DNA of 64,000 bases from positions 32,001-96,000 of the forward strand of contig JBBQFN010000006.1 in the NCBI GenBank assembly GCA_038321985.1. The letters run 5' to 3'. Source of the DNA: Cyanophyceae cyanobacterium. Lineage in GTDB: Bacteria; Cyanobacteriota; Cyanobacteriia; Cyanobacteriales; Laspinemataceae. The notes beneath the pieces are model-generated. The model searched no databases. It was not told the origin of the DNA and saw only the letters and a list, made by a program, of their open reading frames with translations. Made by a program: the position numbers and the translations under genes. Shown in pieces: positions 30,799 to 40,387 of the stretch. How positions within the stretch are numbered: position 1 is the stretch's first letter; each line of letters opens with the position of its first letter.

Positions 30799-31790
30799 TT
30801 GTTTAACCCTCTCTTACTTGGAGAACCCGGAGTTCCGGTTGCATTCCCAGTGATACTTTGAAAATACAATCCCCCGGCTGTGATTAAAAATACCAGATAA
30901 GCGACTGCCTGGACAAGATACAGTTGCGATCGATATCCAAATAAGGCTTTTAAAACTACCCCGGGAAAGCGGTTATCGGGGAGAATCTGGGTTGCATCCC
31001 ACACCTGGGGTCCTAAAATACAGGAATCCGCCCCGGTGAAGCACCACTTGGCAAATTGAGGAGCAACTGCACTTAATTCGATGATGGCAATATTGGCATT
31101 TTTTAAGGCAGAAATCACTAATCCTGAAACGATTAATAGTAACAGCACTCCCATGATTTGAAAGAAGAGGCGGAGGTTAATTTTAACCCCCCACTTAAAG
31201 AGGAGAATACCAATTCCAAACGCACCGACTAATCCAGCAAAAGCGCCAAAGGCGGGAGTCCAGCCCCGCTCAAATTGAGCTAAAATAAACACGACGGTTT
31301 CAAATCCTTCTCGGAGGACGGCAATAAAAATTAAGGTAAATACTCCCCAACCCGCCCCGTATAAAGGTAAATTTTCTGAATTTTTGTCAGATTCTTGGGG
31401 GAAGTCTGACCTAGTTTTTCCTTCAAATAGAACAGCGTTGACGGCCCCTTCTACTTCTCCTTTGAGGGATTTGGCTTGTTTTGTCATCCAGATCAACATC
31501 CAGCTCAACATGGCGATCGCAACCAGACAAAACCCCGCTTTTAGACTAGGTGCGATCGCCGCTGCATATTGCCAATTTGAATGGTCCACCGCTTGCAAAA
31601 TTCCCCCCAATAAAATCCCCACTAATCCGCTGGTAAAAATTCCACTCACTACTCCTCCATACACCCAGGGATTAAGCTGACTTTGTTGAGCTTTTTTCAA
31701 ACAAGCTAAGACAATCCCCACGACTAGAGCAGCTTCTACGCCTTCGCGTAAAGTGATTAAAAATGTAGGTAAAGCAGCGGTTATATCCAT
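30795..31790 (-). CDS. FTR1/EfeU family iron permease
   Basis: Two RExxE motifs (LREGVEA, LREGFET) and multiple TM helices. Confidence 0.95.
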   Translation of the reverse strand: MDITAALPTFLITLREGVEAALVVGIVLACLKKAQQSQLNPWVYGGVVSGIFTSGLVGILLGGILQAVDHSNWQYAAAIAPSLKAGFCLVAIAMLSWMLIWMTKQAKSLKGEVEGAVNAVLFEGKTRSDFPQESDKNSENLPLYGAGWGVFTLIFIAVLREGFETVVFILAQFERGWTPAFGAFAGLVGAFGIGILLFKWGVKINLRLFFQIMGVLLLLIVSGLVISALKNANIAIIELSAVAPQFAKWCFTGADSCILGPQVWDATQILPDNRFPGVVLKALFGYRSQLYLVQAVAYLVFLITAGGLYFQSITGNATGTPGSPSKRGLNN

Positions 31791-31875
31791 CGTTATCGTG
31801 GGTTTTAGATTCAGTCTACAAAGTTTTGTAAGAAAATAGAGAAGAATTTAAAAAGGTAATTTTTTAAAATTAACA

Positions 31876-31892
31876 GTGCAAATAATTTGCAC
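31876..31892. promoter_or_regulatory. Fur-box-like palindrome upstream of FTR1
   Basis: GTGCAAAT-A-ATTTGCAC, about 85 bp upstream of the FTR1 start. Confidence 0.55.
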
Positions 31893-32003
31893 CATTCTGT
31901 GAGGATTGGGAGCATTTCGCTCCCTACTCACGAAGGAAAGCGGGCGGGTTTATTTGAGCTTCTAGCCTGGAGAAAAAATAAAGTTTATAATTAGATTTAA
32001 TCA

Positions 32004-32438
32004 TTAAGACCAATCTCGAACCATTTTCTTAAGTTCAATAATATTAACTTCTGATGAAGCAATCATTTTACGAGTAAATTTTTCCAAATAAACACTACTA
32101 TTTTTAACGACTACAAATAAATTTTTATAGCCTTCTAACCCCTTTTTTTCATGATTAATGCTTTCTTCCAAGATACTTTCCACTGAATGCTTATAGCTGT
32201 CTTTCATTGTAGAAATTCTCAGGCTAGGATGCCCCTCTAAACCCGTGATAATTTCCCCAACTTGTTGGGCGTAAGTTAAAGATTCCAGTGCTTGGGCTTG
32301 AAAAAAATTAACGATAGGAATCCGATTGGGTCCGGTTACCATTAGGGAATAGTGGGTATAACGCACCACCCCAGCGAGTTCAAACTCCATAACATGATTA
32401 AGTAAGTCAATTGTGGCTTCCAGGTTAAGTTCTTTCAT
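32004..32438 (-). CDS. Ferritin-like (bacterioferritin-type) paralogue with degenerate ferroxidase centre
   Basis: N-half nearly identical to 32617-33051, but ESLTH becomes ESLTY and EEMH becomes SEVN. Confidence 0.88.
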   Translation of the reverse strand: MKELNLEATIDLLNHVMEFELAGVVRYTHYSLMVTGPNRIPIVNFFQAQALESLTYAQQVGEIITGLEGHPSLRISTMKDSYKHSVESILEESINHEKKGLEGYKNLFVVVKNSSVYLEKFTRKMIASSEVNIIELKKMVRDWS

Positions 32439-32616
32439 TTTTTACTTTATATTCTCGAATGAGTAAGTAGATGAATCTTAAAAACTCTCGGTTTTCCCAT
32501 CTAAACTAAAGGAAAACTGATAGTTTGAACCCGTTGCACCACCGGACAGAAGTTTGACAACTCCGGAAGGCGGTGCGGGGTAAGGAGTAGAGTGAAGGAG
32601 GCGATCGCCGGTTAAA

Positions 32617-33051
32617 TTAGATAAAATCCCGCAACATTTTTTTAATTTCTATGTTGTGCATTTCTTCTTGTCCAATTTGAGTCCGAGCAAATTCTTCCAA
32701 ATACACGCTGGCATTTTCTACGGTATGTAGTAATTCTTTGTACATATCCAGGGCTCTTTTCTCGTGATTGAGACTTTCCTCTAAGATGTCACGAAGCGAA
32801 TGGCGATCGCTTTCTTCAATTGGTGCAATTCTCAAGCTGGGATGTCCTTCTAACCCGGTAATAATTTCTCCCACCTGTTGAGCGTGAGTGAGGGATTCCG
32901 CTGCTTGAGCTTGAAAAAAGCTGACGATGGGAATCCGATTCGGGCCAGTTACCATCAGGGAATAATGGGTATAGCGTACCACGCCAGCTAACTCAAATTC
33001 CATTAGGGTATTGAGCAAATCAATGGTTTTTGGAAGGTCAAGCTCTCTCAT
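32617..33051 (-). CDS. Ferritin-like (bacterioferritin-type) protein
   Basis: Four-helix di-iron pattern: MEFEL, ESLTH, HE, EEMH. Confidence 0.92.
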   Translation of the reverse strand: MRELDLPKTIDLLNTLMEFELAGVVRYTHYSLMVTGPNRIPIVSFFQAQAAESLTHAQQVGEIITGLEGHPSLRIAPIEESDRHSLRDILEESLNHEKRALDMYKELLHTVENASVYLEEFARTQIGQEEMHNIEIKKMLRDFI

Positions 33052-33512
33052 ATAGTTTCCGATAGTTTCAGATGGGTTTAGTTATTTGAGCATTTTTTGG
33101 ACTGAATTATCAAGTAGGGATTTCCCTGCCGCGACGAGTTATTGGTTACGGGCATCTGAAAAAAATTACCAACCTGCAATAATTAACGGTTGTTGACCGT
33201 GGCAGCAGGCAATCTCAAGGGGATCAAGTTCAGCTTTTTTGAGGAGCGATAGGCTTATCAAAATAATTAACCTTTGATATCCTCCCAGGGATGGATAATT
33301 AAACTGGATAAAGGATTTTATATCTAATCTGCTACCACAATTTTAATAAATTTAACCGGGTTGCGCTAAAAATTAGGGTTTCATAACTTACCCGGAAAGG
33401 AAAGAAAAAAATCTACAATTTTTGGCCGATTGAAAGGAGAGAAAATTAAGGTAAAAATCCTTACTTCGTCAGCTTTTCAAGCTCTTTACCCATCTATTAA
33501 AACTCAGAACCT

Positions 33513-33538
33513 TATCCCCTAGGAGGGCATTGTAAAAT
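33513..33538 (+). promoter_or_regulatory. Candidate CsoR/RcnR (InrS-type) operator plus -10 element
   Basis: TATCCCCTAGGAGGGCAT (C-tract/G-tract) followed by TAAAAT, upstream of the ECF operon. Confidence 0.45.
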
Positions 33539-33667
33539 TTTTTAAAACGCGGTTTCCTATTGATAGGGGAGCGATCGCATCTCGTCCTTAATCGGGGAAA
33601 ACCTCGCAGTTCTTCCCAATCAGGCCATTGCGATCGCCTCAGCTAATCATCCCTTAAAATTTAAAAA

Positions 33668-34546
33668 ATGAAGAAAAATTTAATCATTTTAGCCTTTTTA
33701 GCCGGAGTGGTGCCAACTCTACTCCTCGGATGCGCGGAAAATGACACCCCCCTCACTGCAACTCCTGAACCAGTCGCCACAGAACCCACCCCAACGGCAA
33801 CTCCTGACACTCAAACAACTCCAGGAGAAACCGGAATGCTTCAAATTGTTGCCAATGGGGAGGACTTTGTGCGCGAAGGCTTTACCTCCAAAGATGGCTG
33901 GAACATCACCTTTAATCATGTTTACGCCAGCTTAGGGGAAGTCACTGCCTATCAAACCCAACCCCCCTATAATCCCGAAGCGGGCGGTTCCCTCAACCCT
34001 ACAGAACAAGTCCGAGTGGAGGGAGTCAAAACGGTAGACTTGGCGGCTAGTCCAGAAAGCCCCACCCCAGTGATTGCAGAAGTCCCAGCACCTCCGGGTC
34101 AATATAACGCCCTCTCCTGGAAAATGGTCGAGGCAACAGAAGGCCCTGCGGCAGGCTATCCCCTGATGATGGACGGGAGGGCCGAAAAAGACGGGCAAAC
34201 CGTTGCCTTTGTGATCAAACTCGATCGCGAAATGACTTTTACCTGTGGGGAGTTTGTCGGGGATGAACGTAAAGGCATCGTCTCCCCGGGAAGTCAGGGC
34301 CAGTTAGAAGCGACCTTCCATTTTGATCACTTGTTTGGGGATGCCCAGTCACCGGCAGACGATGAAATGAACGTCGAGGCCCTGGGATTTGAGCCGATCG
34401 CCGCTTTATCCTCCGGGGATCAGGTGGATCTGAATACCTCGCAACTCCAGCAAGCCCTCATCCCCCAAGATTATCAAACTCTGCAAACCCTCCTCCCTTC
34501 TTTGGGACACGTCGGGGAAGGTCATTGCCAGGAATCTGCGTCATGA
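33668..34546 (+). CDS. Lipoprotein, putative Ni/Co-binding component of the ECF operon
   Basis: Lipobox LLGC, motifs HFDHLFGD and GHVGEGHC, first gene of the cbiMQO-like operon. Confidence 0.8.
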   Translation: MKKNLIILAFLAGVVPTLLLGCAENDTPLTATPEPVATEPTPTATPDTQTTPGETGMLQIVANGEDFVREGFTSKDGWNITFNHVYASLGEVTAYQTQPPYNPEAGGSLNPTEQVRVEGVKTVDLAASPESPTPVIAEVPAPPGQYNALSWKMVEATEGPAAGYPLMMDGRAEKDGQTVAFVIKLDREMTFTCGEFVGDERKGIVSPGSQGQLEATFHFDHLFGDAQSPADDEMNVEALGFEPIAALSSGDQVDLNTSQLQQALIPQDYQTLQTLLPSLGHVGEGHCQESAS

Positions 34547-34611
34547 TGATAGACAGCCTGACCCTGCCACCCTTGCGGGAGAAACCTCTACTCAGGGATC
34601 GAAATTTAACT

Positions 34612-35166
34612 ATGATGAATCGACGTATCACCCCAACCGCTGCGAAGGCAGTCCTCTGGGCGCTTGCCAGTGGGCTATTTGCCTGGACCCTCGGGAATCC
34701 TCTACCGGCGATCGCTCATGGGGTTCAACTTAAACATCAGACCCTTGAAGCCGTGGAGATTCAAGCCGTTTACGATAATGGCAACCCCATGTCGAATGCC
34801 CAAGTGACCGTTTATGCACCAACCGATCCCCAAACTCCCTGGCGGCAAGGGACTGCCGACGAAAACGGTCGGTTTTTATTTGCCCCTGACCCCTCTTTAT
34901 CCGGAGATTGGGCGGTTCGAGTCCGGCAAGGGGGTCACGGGACAATCCTCAATTTAGCGATCGCCTCCCCCAATTCTAATGGGGTTCAAAACAGCCCCTC
35001 CCGTTCTGGCCCTCTCATTTCCCCCAGTACATCTGTCAACCCCCTTCCGACAGGCTTGGCGATCGCATCCGGGGTTTGGGGATTTGTCGGGACTGCCCTG
35101 TTTTTTTCCCGGTTTAACGGCAACTCGGGAGGAGGAACCCCCAAGGAAGAAGACTCCGTTGCCTAA
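34612..35166 (+). CDS. CbiL/NikL-like accessory protein (carboxypeptidase-regulatory-like fold)
   Basis: Signal peptide ending AIA-HG, YDNGNPM..AQV.VYAP, QGGHG, C-terminal TM helix. Confidence 0.8.
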   Translation: MMNRRITPTAAKAVLWALASGLFAWTLGNPLPAIAHGVQLKHQTLEAVEIQAVYDNGNPMSNAQVTVYAPTDPQTPWRQGTADENGRFLFAPDPSLSGDWAVRVRQGGHGTILNLAIASPNSNGVQNSPSRSGPLISPSTSVNPLPTGLAIASGVWGFVGTALFFSRFNGNSGGGTPKEEDSVA

Positions 35167-35227
35167 TTATCTATCTCCCTTAATATAAATTCTGTCCTCT
35201 GGCATTCTCCCTTTTCGGTTTGATTAA

Positions 35228-35869
35228 ATGCATATTCCCGATGGTATTCTCCCAGCTAGTCTTTGTATCGCCGGTTATGGTGCAACCGGGGCAGCCACTT
35301 GGTATTCCCTGCGCCAAATTCATCGCGATCGCAACCCCCAAGCCCAAATTCCCAAGGCATCCTTACTCACCGCTGCTTTTTTCGTCGCCTCTTGGATTAA
35401 CATTCCCGTCCCTCCCGTCAGCGTACATCTAGTTCTCAATGGACTCTTAGGCACTGTCCTTGGTTATTATGCCTTTCCCGCTATTCTGATTGGGTTATTT
35501 TTTCAAGCGATTATGTTTGGTCATGGTGGACTGACTACCCTGGGAGTCAATGCCATTATGATGGGAATTCCCGCCCTGATTGCTCACCAAGTCTTTCAGA
35601 TGCGCCATTGGTTTAAACCGCGCCCGGGAAAGATTACCACCAGTTTGTTTGCCTTTCTAGCGGGTGCGGTTGGGTTAGGGCTGGCTGCGGCCATCTTTTT
35701 CATTCTCGTCATCACTACTATTTCCGGGGAATTAGATGTCGCAATGGAAAAAAATGCCATTTATGGACTCATGCTAGCTCACATTCCCTTGATGTTGATT
35801 GAAGGAGTGTTTACGGCAATGTTAGTAGCCTTTCTCCAACGGGTTAAACCCGAACTTATCCGGGATTGA
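35228..35869 (+). CDS. cbiM: Co/Ni ECF transporter S component
   Basis: N-terminal MHIPDG, SVHLVLNG, GHGGLTTLGVN. Confidence 0.95.
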   Translation: MHIPDGILPASLCIAGYGATGAATWYSLRQIHRDRNPQAQIPKASLLTAAFFVASWINIPVPPVSVHLVLNGLLGTVLGYYAFPAILIGLFFQAIMFGHGGLTTLGVNAIMMGIPALIAHQVFQMRHWFKPRPGKITTSLFAFLAGAVGLGLAAAIFFILVITTISGELDVAMEKNAIYGLMLAHIPLMLIEGVFTAMLVAFLQRVKPELIRD

Positions 35870-35876
35870 GGGGTTG

Positions 35877-35958
35877 CAGTTGTCCAATTTAGGATATATA
35901 GCTGGCAATTGGAATAGTAGCGAGGGAGACTCTCACACTCCAAATTGGAACAATACTG
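35877..35958. repeat. Small imperfect inverted-repeat element between cbiM and cbiQ
   Basis: CAGTTGTCCAATTT at the left and AAATTGGAACAATACTG at the right. Confidence 0.4.
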
Positions 35959-35994
35959 AAAACTGATTTATAACCGCTTTTAAAAGGAAACGGA

Positions 35995-36771
35995 ATGAAA
36001 TTTAGACTAGACGATTATGCCCATTTAGAATCACCCTTGCATCAGTGGGAACCCCGATGTAAATTAATTGGGTTGATGGGATTAATTTTTGCTTTTGCGA
36101 TGGTGCGGGATCAGCGATTACTTCTTCCCATGTTAGGAGTCAGTGCGGGAATTTATGCCCTATCTGAACTCCCGATTTCTTACTGGCGGAGTCGATTGCG
36201 TTATCCAGGATTTTTTCTGGTGGGAGTTGTAGGATTCTTGCCTTTTATTTCAGGAAATACTGTGCTACTTGAAGTGGGACCGCTTGCCTTGTACAGGGAA
36301 GGTACTCTAACCATGATTGCGATCGCCAGTCGGTTTTTAGCCATTATTACCCTGTCCTTGGTTTTGTTTGGTACAGCTTCTTTTTTAACCACAATTAGAA
36401 CCCTGCGATCGCTCGGACTTTCTCCAATTTTAACAGATATGATGGTGCTGTTTTACCGTTATTTATTTGAAGTTAGCGATCGCCTCCGGACCATGCAATC
36501 TGCTATGAGGTTGCGGGGATTTAAACCCACCCGCCCCACCCCTACCGCTTTAAAAACATTTGCCTCCGTTGCCGGAACTCTGTTAGTGCAGAGTTATGAG
36601 CAATCCGAACGGATTTATCAAGCAATGCGATTGCGGGGTTACGGTCAAAAAACCGTTCTTTACCAAAGTCAGCCTTGGCGAACAACAGATGTAGTCGCTT
36701 TGGGATTTGTTCTCACCCTTGCCGCTACTTTTATCGCCGCTGAATTTTTGCTATCTTCCAGTTTTTTATAA
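35995..36771 (+). CDS. cbiQ: ECF transporter T component
   Basis: SPLHQWEPRCKL, YRY, AMRLRGF, ERIYQAMRLRGY. Confidence 0.94.
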   Translation: MKFRLDDYAHLESPLHQWEPRCKLIGLMGLIFAFAMVRDQRLLLPMLGVSAGIYALSELPISYWRSRLRYPGFFLVGVVGFLPFISGNTVLLEVGPLALYREGTLTMIAIASRFLAIITLSLVLFGTASFLTTIRTLRSLGLSPILTDMMVLFYRYLFEVSDRLRTMQSAMRLRGFKPTRPTPTALKTFASVAGTLLVQSYEQSERIYQAMRLRGYGQKTVLYQSQPWRTTDVVALGFVLTLAATFIAAEFLLSSSFL

Positions 36772-37728
36772 GTTGAATTTACGCGCTGCTTCTTGATACA
36801 AGGATAAAGCTAAATCTCGGATTATTTCTTCATCCTCAAAACTATCGCCAAATTTAGTTTTCGCCATTTCAATACAGGTTTTCATGACCTCAGAGGAGCG
36901 ATCTAGATGTTGGGCGATCGCCAAAATTTCTGCATCTTCCCTGAGAGGGATATCTGGAATTTTTATTTCTACTACCTTTGTTCTTTCCACTTCCTCCGAA
37001 AAACCAGCCGCAACAATCCCCGCTGGCAACGCAAACAATCCAATCCCGATAAAGGCAAGAGCTGATCCAAATAATTTACCCAAAGGAGTTACGGGATATA
37101 CATCCCCATAACCTACCGTCGTTAACGTCACAACTCCCCACCACATCGCCGCAGGAATACTCGGAAAAGCCTCAGGCTGTTCCTGACTTTCTGCAAAAAA
37201 CATCAAACTTGAGGCAAAAATTAGTAAAATGAAGACCGTAAATAAGGTCATAATTAATTCATTCTTTTTAGAATCAATCACCCGAATAATGGTTTGGAGG
37301 GATTCCGAATATCGAATTAATTTAAGCAGCCGCAACAGGCGAAAAACATTAGTAAATTTTATAGATCGAATAGAAGGAAATAATAGCATTAAATAAAAGG
37401 GCAAAATTGCGACTAAATCAATCACGACTAACGGCGTCATCGCATAACGCAAGCGTCCCCAGAAGGGATGAGCGTATCGGGAATCCACGGTACAAGACCA
37501 AAGTTGTACAATATATAATAAAGTAAAGCAGGTCACGGCCAAAACTTCGATTTCATTAACAAACAACTTAAAATTAGAGGAAATAAAGGCGGAAGTTTCT
37601 AAAATAAAGGCCGTAACGTCTAAAATGACTAACAGGCTAACGGACCAGTCATCAACTTGACTTAATAAATCATTAGAATCAGAGGATTCTAGAATTCCAT
37701 AAACTCTAGCTTTTAGGGATTGGCTCAT
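36766..37728 (-). CDS. 6-TM voltage-gated-type potassium channel
   Basis: IDLVAILPFY, S4 segment FRLLRLLKLIRY, selectivity filter TTVGYGD. Confidence 0.95.
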   Translation of the reverse strand: MSQSLKARVYGILESSDSNDLLSQVDDWSVSLLVILDVTAFILETSAFISSNFKLFVNEIEVLAVTCFTLLYIVQLWSCTVDSRYAHPFWGRLRYAMTPLVVIDLVAILPFYLMLLFPSIRSIKFTNVFRLLRLLKLIRYSESLQTIIRVIDSKKNELIMTLFTVFILLIFASSLMFFAESQEQPEAFPSIPAAMWWGVVTLTTVGYGDVYPVTPLGKLFGSALAFIGIGLFALPAGIVAAGFSEEVERTKVVEIKIPDIPLREDAEILAIAQHLDRSSEVMKTCIEMAKTKFGDSFEDEEIIRDLALSLYQEAARKFNL

Positions 37729-37779
37729 GATGTTTTATTTAGCTCATGACGCTTAAAAATTTATCCACACTACTGGAAA

Positions 37780-38622
37780 ATGGTATCATATTCGATGAAA
37801 GAACAGATAGAACCCTTAATTTCAGACAATCTTTCCGGCAATCTTTTAGAAGTCTCACCAAACTCTACTACTGCCGGACTTAGGAATGTGGCGATCACAA
37901 CCCATCAGTTGTGCTTTTCCTATCCCGACAAAGCTGATGTTTTACAAGATGTAACGCTGCGAATTCATACCGGCGATCGCGTGGGACTGATTGGGTCCAA
38001 TGGTGCAGGTAAAACCAGTTTATTTTTATCGATTTGTGGCATTCTCAAGCCAGTTTCAGGCCAAATCAGCCTCTTCGACTCCCCCGTAATCCCGGGAGAA
38101 TTCCACCCTGAAATTGGTTTAGTTTTTCAAAACCCCAATGATCAGCTATTCTCTGCTTCCGTCTGGGATGATGTCGCCTTTGGACCCCAAAACATGGGAC
38201 TTTCCGGGTCAGAACTTGGAGATCGGGTTAGAACCGCCCTCGACTTGACGGGAGTGCGGGAACTAGAAACTCGTCCTTCTCACCATCTGTCGGGGGGACA
38301 AAAGCGGATGGTGGCGATCGCTACAGTTCTGGCCATGCGTCCCCAGGTTATCCTCTATGATGAACCCAGCGCTAACCTGGATTTGCGAGCACGTCGGCGT
38401 CTAATCCGCTTTTTGCAGGCATCCCAGGAAACCATACTCATTTCCTCTCACGACTTAGAACTCATACTCGAAGTGTGCGATCGGGTCATTTTGATGGACG
38501 AAGGACGCATCATCACCACGGGTACCCCTGATACAGTCATGGCAGACGCATCCCTAATGGAAGCACATGGGTTGGAAAAACCCCACTCCCTCCTCCTCCA
38601 TCGACACCCTCAGCGCCCCTAA
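37780..38622 (+). CDS. cbiO: ECF transporter ATPase
   Basis: GSNGAGKT, FQNPNDQLF, LSGGQKR, YDEP, SHD. Start may be the ATG at 37795. Confidence 0.93.
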   Translation: MVSYSMKEQIEPLISDNLSGNLLEVSPNSTTAGLRNVAITTHQLCFSYPDKADVLQDVTLRIHTGDRVGLIGSNGAGKTSLFLSICGILKPVSGQISLFDSPVIPGEFHPEIGLVFQNPNDQLFSASVWDDVAFGPQNMGLSGSELGDRVRTALDLTGVRELETRPSHHLSGGQKRMVAIATVLAMRPQVILYDEPSANLDLRARRRLIRFLQASQETILISSHDLELILEVCDRVILMDEGRIITTGTPDTVMADASLMEAHGLEKPHSLLLHRHPQRP

Positions 38623-38850
38623 TCAGGCATAATTTAGGGCAACCGGCATCAGAGGCGATCGCCCTGTTTATATAAATTTTCTGTTTCCACCCAAAGGAAA
38701 CCCCCCAAAATAGCTTGACCTGTGTATAACGATTCCTTGATCCTCTATTCCATGCGGATTTCCATTCCCAAGACCGAATATTCAATCGTCCAAGCACAAG
38801 GCAATCTTTACCTGTATCATATCCTTTAGCTTATCCTAGGAGACCTGCTC

Positions 38851-39204
38851 ATGAATCTGGTTAGTCTGCTCATTACCTGGCTAGTGACCGCAGTCAGCTT
38901 GTTTATTATTTCTAAACTCCCCACCGGCGTAGAGATAGATGGATTTAACAAAGCCTTACTTTCCGCTGCCGTTTTTGGAATTTTAAACGCTCTAATCCGG
39001 CCAATTTTAGTAGTTTTGACCTTACCCATTAATTTTCTCACATTGGGTCTATTCAGCCTCATTATCAATGCCATTATTTTTGGACTTGCCGCTTGGTTAG
39101 TCACAGGGTTTCGCCTACGCTGGGGATTTTGGAGTGCCCTCATTGGCACCTTAGCCCTTAGCTTTATCAACTCTCTCTTGTTTAGTCTGGTGGGAAATCT
39201 TTAA
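38851..39204 (+). CDS. YvlD-like 4-TM membrane protein (phage holin family IV)
   Basis: GILNALIRPIL..LTLP..FLTLGLF..IINA. Confidence 0.9.
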   Translation: MNLVSLLITWLVTAVSLFIISKLPTGVEIDGFNKALLSAAVFGILNALIRPILVVLTLPINFLTLGLFSLIINAIIFGLAAWLVTGFRLRWGFWSALIGTLALSFINSLLFSLVGNL

Positions 39205-39385
39205 GTCTGGAACTGAAAAATTTATTTGCATATATTGCTGCTAAATTTCCCCAGTACCCAAAGCGATCGCCTTTACCTGGACTTAAAATAAAGATAATGT
39301 AGGAGTAGGGAGCGAGAGGCTCCCACTCCCTGAAAAATTATCAAAACCCTTTAGGATGCGGAGTTATTTAGGGAAAAATATTTCT

Positions 39386-40204
39386 TTAATCCTGCTGATT
39401 AGAAAACTTACGCGCCCCGACAATAGATAACCCCAAAGCGGCGATCGCCAAGACCACAATACTATACCAGGGAAACTGCTTCATATCGTAAGCGGCCGCC
39501 CTTAATCCAATACTTGTATAGGTCAAAGGCAATAGGTAAACTATGACTTTTAAGGCCGGAGGCAGTTGACTTGGCTCAAAAAAAGTTGCCCCTAAAAAAG
39601 ACATCGGAACAATAATAAAGTTGTTATAAATTCCCACACTTTCTAAGGATTTTACGGTTAATCCAACTAATACTCCCAATCCTGAAAAGACTGCACAGTT
39701 GAGAACCAACAACAGTAAAAATAACGGATTGAGGAAACTCCAAATTTTGCCGGTAAATAGAATAGCCACGAGGATGACTGAACCCGATGTCATTAATCCT
39801 CTTAAAATTCCCGCCATCATTTTCCCCAAGTACAAAGAGAGGGGATGAATCGGCAGGAGTAGCATTTCTTCAAAGTTTTTAGTAAACAAGCGTTCCCCAC
39901 AAATGGAAAACACGGTGCCTCCAAAGCTAATCGTCATGGAGGAAAGGGCGACCATACCAGGTAACAGGAATTCTAGGTAACTATTCCCCATTCCCGATCG
40001 CATGGTGTTTCCCAATCCTAAGCCAAATGCTAAAATGTAAATCAGAGGGGAGACCAGTCCCGAGGCGGCGACTTGTACTACTCGCACCCGCAAATCTAGC
40101 CAGTCTCCCCATAAAATGGTGACGCTATCCTCCCACAGGGTAGAAATCGGCGATCGCAGTCGCCTAGAAGTTGCTTCCGATTTTAGTCTGAGTTCAGATG
40201 CCAC
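39386..40204 (-). CDS. ABC-2 type transporter permease
   Basis: YLEFLLPG, PMSFLGATFF, LPLTY and six TM helices. No adjacent ATPase. Confidence 0.9.
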   Translation of the reverse strand: MASELRLKSEATSRRLRSPISTLWEDSVTILWGDWLDLRVRVVQVAASGLVSPLIYILAFGLGLGNTMRSGMGNSYLEFLLPGMVALSSMTISFGGTVFSICGERLFTKNFEEMLLLPIHPLSLYLGKMMAGILRGLMTSGSVILVAILFTGKIWSFLNPLFLLLLVLNCAVFSGLGVLVGLTVKSLESVGIYNNFIIVPMSFLGATFFEPSQLPPALKVIVYLLPLTYTSIGLRAAAYDMKQFPWYSIVVLAIAALGLSIVGARKFSNQQD

Positions 40205-40387
40205 GATACTTGCTTATTTTCTTAATTTTGCTTTGGGCTTTTTACCGGCGAGTTCTTCCTCGCTCAACCCAGTATAGCCTATTATAAACCTGTCTTATAA
40301 AAAAAGGAAGCTGGTTAAATTCCAGCTTACCTTTAGGTGTATTTTTAAAGATAGAGAGACCCGAGGCGGCCACCCTATTTTGTAACC

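Noticed and set aside
33082..33140. Short minus-strand frame (LVAAGKSLLDNSVQKMLK*) upstream of the ferritin gene as a gene remnant
   Set aside because: Too short, bounded by a stop, and no recognisable homology.
33560..33645. GGGGAAA and a stem upstream of the cbi operon as a cobalamin riboswitch
   Set aside because: The B12-box and CCG...GCAACTGT elements are missing. The stem is explained by two self-complementary HIP1 sites.
38851..39204. Holin-family gene as a sign of a prophage
   Set aside because: YvlD-like proteins are common chromosomal genes, and no phage genes are nearby.
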